Assembly (NCBI GenBank): GCA_963711565.1
Contig: CAVQEQ010000003.1
Coordinates: forward strand, 864,001 to 928,000
Source: an uncultured delta proteobacterium
GTDB taxonomy: Bacteria; Desulfobacterota; Binatia; Binatales; Binataceae
DNA: 64,000 nucleotides
Direction of reading: 5' to 3'
Below are positions 56,875 through 64,000 of this stretch, in pieces. Numbering within the stretch: position 1 is the stretch's first letter; each line of letters starts with the position of its first letter. The notes beneath the pieces were generated by a model. That model was not told the origin of the DNA and did no database searches. It was given only the letters and a program-made list of their open reading frames with translations. A program made the translations under genes and the position numbers.

Positions 56875-58023
56875 TCAGGGGTGAGCCGCATCCGGGCGCG
56901 CGGCGGGTTGTGCGGCCGTAATTCCTCCCGGCGTTTTCCACGAATGAATCTCGGCGAGCGCGTGACGGCCGATGAGGTCGATCGACTTCATGATCTTGTC
57001 GTGCGGGATGCCGCCGTACTGCAGAAAAAACAGGACCTGGTCGGCGCCGAGATCGCGGTAGCGGCTCGCGACGCGCACCGCTTCGTCCGGCGTGCCGACG
57101 GCGATCAGGTCGCCGTCCTTGAGGAAGTCGTAGTAGTCGGTCGTGAACTTGGCGGGATCGAACTTCGACGCGGTCTTCAAATATTTGTAGGACTCGTCGG
57201 TCTGGCTCGCCGCCGCGACGCTCGACACCAGCTCGAAACCCTTGCGCACGTACCACAACACTGCTTCGCGCGCGAGATGCTCGGCCTCGTAGGGGTCGTC
57301 GCTGACGAGACCCATGATGTTCATCGAGACCTGGTTGTTAATCGTCTGCCCGACCGGCCGCGCGTTCCTGATTCCTTCGCGATAGATATTGATTCGCTCC
57401 GCCACCTGCGCCAACTCGACGCCGAGCGTGAAGCAAAGCACGCCCAACCCGCGCTCCGCGGCCAGCCCGAAGGTGGTGGGATTGGTCGCGGCGACCCACA
57501 TGGGAGGATGCGGTTTCTGAATCGGCTTGGGGATCACCGAGACGGGCGGATCGACGGTCCAGTACTTGCCATGCATCGTGAACGGATCTTCGCGCCACAT
57601 CCGCGGGATCGCCTCGACCGCCTCGGCCCATCGCGGGCGCGTCTCTTCGGGACGCACGCCGAAGCCGAGCAGCTCGTCCATCGTGGTCGCGCGCCCGGTG
57701 CCGAATTCGACGCGTCCGTTGGACATGATATCGAGCATCGCGATCCGTTCCGCCACGTGGATCGGATGATTGAACGGCAGCACGACGACGCCGTGACCGA
57801 CACGAATCTGCTTCGTGCGCTGGGTGACGCAGGCAAGGAAAACCTCGGGCGCCGAGCAGTAGGAAAATTCGTTCAGGAAGTGATGCTCGACGGTCCACAC
57901 CGAATCGAAGCCGAGGCGGTCGGCCAGTTCGATCTGCGCCATCGTTTCCCAGAACACGCGATATTCGTGATCGGCGGCGTGCGGCTTGATCGACTCGATT
58001 TCGTAGATGAGGCCCGCCTTCAT
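56875..58023 (-). CDS. LLM class flavin-dependent oxidoreductase (tandem paralog)
   Basis: SVWTVEHHF, AERIAMLDIMSNGRVEFGTGR, PKPIQKPHPP; ATGA overlap with the TetR stop. Confidence 0.93.
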   Translation of the reverse strand: MKAGLIYEIESIKPHAADHEYRVFWETMAQIELADRLGFDSVWTVEHHFLNEFSYCSAPEVFLACVTQRTKQIRVGHGVVVLPFNHPIHVAERIAMLDIMSNGRVEFGTGRATTMDELLGFGVRPEETRPRWAEAVEAIPRMWREDPFTMHGKYWTVDPPVSVIPKPIQKPHPPMWVAATNPTTFGLAAERGLGVLCFTLGVELAQVAERINIYREGIRNARPVGQTINNQVSMNIMGLVSDDPYEAEHLAREAVLWYVRKGFELVSSVAAASQTDESYKYLKTASKFDPAKFTTDYYDFLKDGDLIAVGTPDEAVRVASRYRDLGADQVLFFLQYGGIPHDKIMKSIDLIGRHALAEIHSWKTPGGITAAQPAARPDAAHP

Positions 58024-58664
58024 TTGGCGATGCTCCATTGGCGCATGAACTCGCGGGCCTGGCGGCGCAGCGAGCGGCGCAAATCGAAGCGCGGTCCGTG
58101 CAGATACCAGAGCATCGCGAGTCCCAGGTAGCTCGAAAAAATCTGCGTTGCCGCCCAGGCTGGATCGAGATCCGCGTCAAAAATTCCGAGCCGCTGCCCG
58201 CGCTCTACCTGTTCACGGAAACTCGCGATGCCGCTGAGATTCGCCTTGCGCATCGAGCGCAGCACCCGCGGCCCAATCTTGTGCGATTCGAGCGCGATGA
58301 TCAGCAGTAGCCGGCTGACCCACGGATTCTTCTCATTGAGCGCCGCCATCGTGTCGAACATCCGCTCGAACTCCGCGCGGAACTCGACGGTATTGGTCGC
58401 GCGTGCCGATTTCTCGAAGATCAGTTCCCATTCGCCGAGCACCTTGGCGACGACCGCGATGAAAAATTCTTCCTTGTCGGCGAAATGCCAATAGAGCGCG
58501 CCCTTGGTGACGCCCGCCGCGCGCGCGATTCGCGCCAGCGAGGTGCCTCGGTATCCGTACGACGCGAACAGATCCATCGCGGCGTCGATCAACACCTGGT
58601 CGAGCGAACCGCGCCGGCGCGTCGGTTGCGTCGGCGCCGCATTTTTGCGTGCTGGTGATATCAT
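58020..58664 (-). CDS. TetR/AcrR family transcriptional regulator
   Basis: AAMDLFASYGYRGTSLARIARAAGVTKGALYWHFADKEE. Confidence 0.94.
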   Translation of the reverse strand: MISPARKNAAPTQPTRRRGSLDQVLIDAAMDLFASYGYRGTSLARIARAAGVTKGALYWHFADKEEFFIAVVAKVLGEWELIFEKSARATNTVEFRAEFERMFDTMAALNEKNPWVSRLLLIIALESHKIGPRVLRSMRKANLSGIASFREQVERGQRLGIFDADLDPAWAATQIFSSYLGLAMLWYLHGPRFDLRRSLRRQAREFMRQWSIAK

Positions 58665-58840
58665 CTGAACGATCGGTATGGTGAGGCAGTGCGGGTGCCG
58701 AGGTCAAGCGCGATGTGAACTAGACGCAGCGCCGCTAAACGCGCGTGATTAAAATCGCGCGTGACGCTGCGACAGACGCTATTCTGCGCTACCGGCGGCG
58801 AGGGCGCCGCCGATCGGATGCGATCAGTCGATCGCGCGGA

Positions 58841-59065
58841 TCAGTTCTGGCTGGAAGTGCCGCCGTCGGGACCTTTCATGTTCCGCTCGAGGCACCAGCG
58901 GTCGATCACCTCGGCGTTGAAACGCCAGTCGGTGCCGATCCTGAAGCCCGGCAGCTCTCCGCGGCGAAGCAGCTTATAGATCGTTGATGGATGCACACGC
59001 AGGTACTCGGACAATTCCTTAACTGTCATCACCCGCGGCAAGCTATACTTTGTTTCACTAGCCAT
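58841..59065 (-). CDS. Excisionase-like / BldC-like winged HTH DNA-binding protein (HTH_17)
   Basis: VMTVKELSEYLRVHPSTIYKLLRRGELPGFRIGTDWRF; GGGAG RBS; paralog of 16847-17095. Confidence 0.88.
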   Translation of the reverse strand: MASETKYSLPRVMTVKELSEYLRVHPSTIYKLLRRGELPGFRIGTDWRFNAEVIDRWCLERNMKGPDGGTSSQN

Positions 59066-59353
59066 GACATCTCCCGGTAACGTAAGTCCCGTCACCCTCC
59101 TACTTCCTGGATTTGATGCTCTTTTTCGCATCCGTCTAATGATTCATCCGCCCCTTACGCCCACCATGAGCCTTTTTGAATGTCTCAAAATCATCGTTGG
59201 CGGTCAAGAGCAGCCTAAGAGGATTTCCGATACTTTTCGCAGGTTTTTCCTCTTCTACTACGTGCGAAAGTCACTTAATTTTGCAGAGATACCGATAGAA
59301 AATGCGCATCAAAGCTTCTAACTGCGCCTGTGTGCGTTGAAGAGATCTTAACT

Positions 59354-59884
59354 ATGCGAAATCTCCATCGAATATCAATTGCGCTAATCTGTATTTTATT
59401 AGCTTATGCCCATCCGGCGCAAGCACAACTGTCACTGACCAGTACCGCCTTCGCCCGCGGATCAGCGATTCCTACCGACTACGCATGCACTGGCGATGAT
59501 CGATCTCCTGCGCTGAGTTGGAGCAACGCGCCGGATGCGACGAAATCGTTTGTATTGATCGTCGAAGATCCGGACGCACCGGGTGGCACATTTATTCACT
59601 GGGTGGCGTACAATATCGCGGCTCAGATAACTTCTCTGCCGACAGGCGTGCCACAAACCACGGAAATCGCAGGCGGCGGAAAAAATGGAGTCAACGGTTT
59701 CGATCACATCGGCTACAATGGACCGTGTCCGCCGCCGGGAAAAATGCATCACTATCATTTTCGTCTCTTCGCGCTGGACTCGAGATTGACTCCAGGTGAC
59801 AACGCGCGTGCGGACGCCGTCGAGTCCGCGATGAAGGGTCACGTGATCGCGACGGCCGAATTGATCGGCACATTCGAACGATGA
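59354..59884 (+). CDS. YbhB/YbcL (PEBP) family protein, secreted
   Basis: Signal peptide, SPALSW, EDPDAP, FIHWV, YNGPCPP, HHYHFRLFALD. Confidence 0.92.
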   Translation: MRNLHRISIALICILLAYAHPAQAQLSLTSTAFARGSAIPTDYACTGDDRSPALSWSNAPDATKSFVLIVEDPDAPGGTFIHWVAYNIAAQITSLPTGVPQTTEIAGGGKNGVNGFDHIGYNGPCPPPGKMHHYHFRLFALDSRLTPGDNARADAVESAMKGHVIATAELIGTFER

Positions 59885-59902
59885 GGTGAAAGCGGTTCAA
59901 CG

Positions 59903-60499
59903 ATGAAGACGTTACTCAAAATTGTTGGCGGAGTGATTGTGCTTGCGGTCGTCGCGATCGTCGGCTGGCACTACTATCAAATGCATCGCGCGCGGCAGGC
60001 CGGCTTGCTCACCGAAGACATCACGCATGACGGCGATATCTGGAAGGCGGATTTCACCGCGCGCATCCCGGCGCCCGAGCAAACCGTGTTCGACGCGATC
60101 AAGAACGTCGAGAACACTCACAGCGATCAGGTCAAGTCGGTGCGGGTCGTATCGCAAAGCGGAAATAAAAAGACCGTCGATATGGATATCGCGGGGCCGG
60201 GCGGACAAGTGATTACCACCGAGCTCGAATTCGAGTATCTGCCCGACGAGAAAAAGATCGTCTACAACACCGTCAACAACCCGATGCTAGAGACCCAGGC
60301 CGTGTACCAGCTAAGCGACGAAGGCGCGAGCACGTTCATCGACTATCATCAGAATACCCATATGCTGCAGTCGCTTCCCGTCCCCGACGGCGTCATCAAG
60401 CAGGTCATTCGCGGCATCTTCGTGTCGCAGCTCGAAACCTTGAAGCGCCAGCTCAACATCACCACCGCGGACCAGACTGACGACGACGACGATCCTTGA
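59903..60499 (+). CDS. Membrane-anchored hypothetical protein, SRPBCC/START-like
   Basis: N-terminal TM, IPAPEQTVFDAI..E, C-terminal helix LETLKRQL, acidic tail; fold assignment tentative. Confidence 0.65.
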   Translation: MKTLLKIVGGVIVLAVVAIVGWHYYQMHRARQAGLLTEDITHDGDIWKADFTARIPAPEQTVFDAIKNVENTHSDQVKSVRVVSQSGNKKTVDMDIAGPGGQVITTELEFEYLPDEKKIVYNTVNNPMLETQAVYQLSDEGASTFIDYHQNTHMLQSLPVPDGVIKQVIRGIFVSQLETLKRQLNITTADQTDDDDDP

Positions 60500-60528
60500 G
60501 CGGCGCTGCGTTTCGCGCGAGTAACCCG

Positions 60529-60885
60529 ATGAATGAAATCGACGCGCAGCTCGCCCTCGGCGTCGAGTTGTTCAATCGCGGCGAATTTTTCGAAGCGCAT
60601 GAAGCGATGGAAGACGCGATGAACCTGCTCGATGACGACACCGCCGATTGGGATTTCTATCTCGGGCTGCTGCGCGCGTCGGTCGCGAATCACAAGCTCG
60701 GCGACGGCGAACTGTCGAGCGCGCGGCTGCATCTGCGCGCGGCGCTGAAATTCCTCGCGCCGTATCCCGACCGCCATCGCGGCATCAAGCTGCGTGAGTT
60801 CCGCAGCGCGCTGACGGCGGAGCTGGCGCGTCTTGAATCTCAGGCAGCGACAGTCACACCGCCGCGCATCGAGCTCGAAGGCTGA
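60529..60885 (+). CDS. DUF309 domain protein
   Basis: GVELFNRGEFFEAHEAME, FYLGLL..VA.H. Confidence 0.88.
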   Translation: MNEIDAQLALGVELFNRGEFFEAHEAMEDAMNLLDDDTADWDFYLGLLRASVANHKLGDGELSSARLHLRAALKFLAPYPDRHRGIKLREFRSALTAELARLESQAATVTPPRIELEG

Positions 60886-62180
60886 TGGTTCCCTTCGCCG
60901 CAGAATTCGTGACGTCCGCGTTCGGGCGCGAGGGATGGCCGCGATGGAACCGCGCGGAGGTCGCGCTCGCGGGCAGATCCAACGTCGGCAAGAGTTCGTT
61001 GCTCAACGCGCTGGCGAAAGTTAAGGGCCTCGCGCGCACCAGCAAGACTCCCGGCCGCACGCGATGCCTCAACTTCTTCTCGATCAACGACAAGCTCGCG
61101 GTATGCGATCTGCCGGGCTTCGGCTACGCAAAAATGAGCCACGTGGAAGCCGCAAAAATCGCCTCCATCATGGTGGAATACATGCAGGGCCGCGCCAATC
61201 TCGACGCAATCGCGATCCTGATCGATTGCCGCCGCGGCCCGCAGGAGGACGAACTCTCTCTGGCTCGTATGGCCGCCGAGCGCGGCATCGAAGTGATTCC
61301 GGTCGCGACCAAATGCGACAAGCTGCGCCGCTCGGAGCGCGCCGCCGCGCTCAAACGCTTCGAGTCGATGCGCGTGCCGCCGATTTTCTGCTCGGCAACG
61401 TCGGGCGAAGGAATCGACGACCTGCGCCGCCGAATCCTCGCCGTCGATCGGAAGAAGGCGGCGAAAACCACTCCCGTCAGCGCGTCAAACTCCGCAACCT
61501 TTGACGAATGGCTGAAATGGGTTTTCGATCACCCGGTTGCAAAAGACACGTCGGACGAATGGTGGTGGCACGAGCCGGACGCCGATGAAGGCGGCCGATG
61601 GTTGGACCGTCCGCCAGTTCAGGCACTGACGTTCGTTGCGAAACTCTTCGAGAACCCGCTGCAATACTTGTCTGCTTACAGTGACGCGCAAATTAATCAG
61701 GGCCTGAACTTCATCGTCTTTCGAGCCTGCTCGCGCCACTTCGATTGGCTCATAGACGGCAGAGTTGATCTCAATCTTAGGAAACGTTGCATCCGATCAA
61801 TCGAGAATCTTTCGCGCGAATTGTTCGCGCCAAGATGTTCCGACAACGTGAAGATCTACACCAAGCCGCTGGACCATATGTGCGATATGCTTTGGGATCT
61901 CGTTGTGCGCGACGCTGACGCCCGCGTCGATAACCCCGACGGTACCTATTCTCATGTCCGTGATACCGAGATCGACAAGGAGTTTCTCGCTACGCTCGCT
62001 GGCATACTTGCGATTCCAAGCATCGCGTGCCAGCAATCGGCTCTGCATGGACTCGGCCACTTGGTGCGCGATGCCCGCTTGGGCTGCGAGGTCATTCAAA
62101 AGTATCTGGATGACCATTCGAACCTCCGGAGCGATCTCAGAGAATACGCGCTCAAGGCACTGGCCGGCAGAGTGATGTGA
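60885..62180 (+). CDS. engB: GTP-binding protein EngB/YihA fused to a ~230-aa C-terminal domain of unknown function
   Basis: EVALAGRSNVGKSS, SKTPGRT, DLPGFG, TKCDK, CSA. The frame stays open into TFDEWLKWVFDHPV..SALHGLGH..LREYA. Confidence 0.88.
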   Translation: MVPFAAEFVTSAFGREGWPRWNRAEVALAGRSNVGKSSLLNALAKVKGLARTSKTPGRTRCLNFFSINDKLAVCDLPGFGYAKMSHVEAAKIASIMVEYMQGRANLDAIAILIDCRRGPQEDELSLARMAAERGIEVIPVATKCDKLRRSERAAALKRFESMRVPPIFCSATSGEGIDDLRRRILAVDRKKAAKTTPVSASNSATFDEWLKWVFDHPVAKDTSDEWWWHEPDADEGGRWLDRPPVQALTFVAKLFENPLQYLSAYSDAQINQGLNFIVFRACSRHFDWLIDGRVDLNLRKRCIRSIENLSRELFAPRCSDNVKIYTKPLDHMCDMLWDLVVRDADARVDNPDGTYSHVRDTEIDKEFLATLAGILAIPSIACQQSALHGLGHLVRDARLGCEVIQKYLDDHSNLRSDLREYALKALAGRVM

Positions 62181-63076
62181 CGCCCGAAGTCTCAGTAATC
62201 ATCCCGACGTACAATCGGCGCGCGATGCTGCTCGTGGCGATCGATTCCGTTCTCGCCCAATCAACCCAATCGTTCGAGTTGATCGTCATCGACGATGGTT
62301 CGACTGATGGAACTGGCGAGCAGCTGGCGCGGCTCGGCAAAGCGATCCGAATCGAATGTATTGAGCATCGCGGTCCTGCCGCTGCGCGAAATCGAGGCGT
62401 GGAATTGGCACGCGCGCCGTTGATCGCGTTCCTCGACTCGGACGATCTCTGGGCGCCGGCCAAGCTCGAACTCCAACTCGCTTTCATGCGCTCGAATACC
62501 GACTGTGCGATCTCGCAGACGAACGAAATCTGGATTCGCAACGGACGCCGCGTGAATCCCGGCATCCGTCATCGCAAGCGCGGCGGCGATATTTTCATCG
62601 ACTCGCTTCGCACCTGCCTCATTAGTATGTCCGCGACTATTATGCGCACCGATCTTTTCCGCTCGCTCGGCGGCTTCGACGAGTCGATGGATGCCGCCGA
62701 GGACTACGACCTGTGGCTGCGAATCCTTATCGACCACGAAGCCGGCCTGCTCGACGAGCCGCTGGTGACGCGTCGCGGCGGGCATCCAGATCAAACCTCG
62801 GCGACTACTCCCGCGATCGATCGCTTCCGCATTCTCGCGCTGACGAAATTGCTCGCGGACAATCGGCTCTCGCCAACGCGTCGAAATGCGGTGGTCGATG
62901 TGCTCGCCGAGAAATGCCGCATCTACGCCGGTGGTCTTCGACGTCGCGAGAGGATCGATCACGCGAAATTTTACGAGCGAGTCGCCGACGGGTCGCACCA
63001 GTGGCGAGCGGATGAGTTCGATTGCGCTGCGAAATCGATGCGCTCCACACTTCGCGAAATTTCACATGGATGTTGA
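62177..63076 (+). CDS. Glycosyltransferase family 2
   Basis: VSVIIPTYNR, IDDGSTD, AARNRG, FLDSDD, EDYDLWLR, GGHPDQ; GTGA overlap with the engB stop. Confidence 0.93.
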   Translation: MTPEVSVIIPTYNRRAMLLVAIDSVLAQSTQSFELIVIDDGSTDGTGEQLARLGKAIRIECIEHRGPAAARNRGVELARAPLIAFLDSDDLWAPAKLELQLAFMRSNTDCAISQTNEIWIRNGRRVNPGIRHRKRGGDIFIDSLRTCLISMSATIMRTDLFRSLGGFDESMDAAEDYDLWLRILIDHEAGLLDEPLVTRRGGHPDQTSATTPAIDRFRILALTKLLADNRLSPTRRNAVVDVLAEKCRIYAGGLRRRERIDHAKFYERVADGSHQWRADEFDCAAKSMRSTLREISHGC

Positions 63077-63602
63077 CGGAATTGACGCGCAGATCCGCGA
63101 GCTTGCTGCCGCGCGGCGCCTGCCACCGAGCCACCTCGCGCGATGGCTCGCGATGGATGCGCCGTCGCGCGCCGCCCTGCTCGAAATCGCGCGCGGCCTG
63201 CGGCTTCGCACCGGTCAACTGGCGACCGCGCTCGACACTCTCGAAGAAATCGCGGTGCGCGAGCGCGTCAATGTTGCAGCGGTGCTCGACTATCCCGAAG
63301 TTCGGCGCATCGTTCACAATGCGGGCTCGACCCCGTCACGCGCCAGCGCGCTCCTGGAGCGGCTTCGCGCGCTTCGGTATCCCGAGCTGAATAGAGTGCG
63401 GGAACAACTCCGCACTGAAGTCTCGGCGCTGAAGTTGCCGCGCGGAATTTCGCTGGACTTGCCCAGGGAGCTTGGCTCTGATGAGGTCACGGTTTCGCTT
63501 CGGGTGCGGAGCGCCGCCGACTTGGCGCATCTGCTCGATGCGCTCGATCAGAAGCGCGCGGGACTGACGCGGATTATTGAAATGCTGGGCGGCAAGAAAT
63601 GA
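63066..63602 (+). CDS. Hypothetical alpha-helical protein (possibly related to ParB C-terminal regions)
   Basis: Start MDVDG overlaps the GT2 end, stop overlaps the next ATG; LRALRYPEL motif; family link tentative. Confidence 0.7.
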   Translation: MDVDGIDAQIRELAAARRLPPSHLARWLAMDAPSRAALLEIARGLRLRTGQLATALDTLEEIAVRERVNVAAVLDYPEVRRIVHNAGSTPSRASALLERLRALRYPELNRVREQLRTEVSALKLPRGISLDLPRELGSDEVTVSLRVRSAADLAHLLDALDQKRAGLTRIIEMLGGKK

Positions 63603-64000
63603 AGCGCGAATTGAAATTCGACCTCGACGCCGTGTTTGTCGAGGATGGATGCGCCGATTCCGCGCTGGCGACGCGTGTCCTTCAATCGATTCCGCGCGAT
63701 GTGCCCGTGACCCATATTGCTGACGCGCGCGAGGCCGCGCGGCCGGAGTCCGGCGCGCCCGATCCGTTCGGCGCGGGCAAACGCCGGCTCGTGATCGCGC
63801 GGCGCAAGACTCCGTTCCTGATGCCCTGTCCTGCGGGCTCCTCGAAGTTTGCCTGCTGCGGATATCTCGTCCTCACGTTGGCGTCGAACTGCCCGATGGA
63901 TTGCTCATACTGCTTCTTGCAGGAATATCTGGCCGACAATCCCGCTTTCCAGGTGTACGCGAATTTCGCCGATTCATTCGACGAACTCGACCGGCTCTGT
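63599..64000 (+). CDS. Spore photoproduct lyase (SplB)-like radical SAM protein, truncated by window end
   Basis: Manual translation MKRELKFDLDAVFVE..GKRRLVI..FLMPCPAGSSKFACCGYLVL..NCPMDCSYCFLQEY: CxxxCxxC preceded by CP..CC.Y; absent from the ORF track. Confidence 0.88.
   Translation, partial: MKRELKFDLDAVFVEDGCADSALATRVLQSIPRDVPVTHIADAREAARPESGAPDPFGAGKRRLVIARRKTPFLMPCPAGSSKFACCGYLVLTLASNCPMDCSYCFLQEYLADNPAFQVYANFADSFDELDRLC

Noticed and set aside
55715-58023. Recent duplication of the LLM genes
   Set aside because: Identity is limited to conserved motifs, indicating an old paralog pair; tandem LLM genes are common

Overview
High-GC bacterial chromosome segment, mostly housekeeping and aromatic/lipid-catabolic genes. 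The gene families suggest a delta-like soil lineage such as Ca. Binatota; this is an inference, not a search result. Recognisable genes: dapL-folK-tal, ispG, gltA, glnA, cysQ, pgpA-cinA, engB, a thiolase/DUF35/PHP/MaoC cluster, CoA-transferase, enoyl-CoA hydratase, acyl-CoA dehydrogenase, two LLM monooxygenases with a TetR, two MFS transporters, GH13, an M1 aminopeptidase and two type II TA modules (BrnTA, HigBA). Two real genes cut by the window edges are missing from the ORF track: a pentaheme cytochrome c (ActA-like, 510..1, minus) and a SplB-like radical SAM gene (63599..end). I saw no rRNA, tRNA, CRISPR, transposase or integrase, but at least four families of intergenic REP-like palindromes are present. 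The best candidate for an undescribed system is a six-gene minus-strand operon (51755..46630). It encodes a 2TM-domain histidine kinase, a sigma54 response regulator, an ICMT/PEMT-type methyltransferase, PspA/IM30, a LiaF-like protein and a lipoprotein. A good sigma54 promoter and a triple TGCA enhancer lie upstream, so it looks like a hybrid Psp/Lia envelope-stress circuit. Other oddities: an EngB fusion inside a GT2/unknown/SplB-like operon, a PyrF paralog lacking phosphate-gripper residues, a minimal ImmA/IrrE-like peptidase with an Arg-rich tail, a 10-bp-phased repeat array, a solo HEPN gene and a frameshifted MaoC gene.
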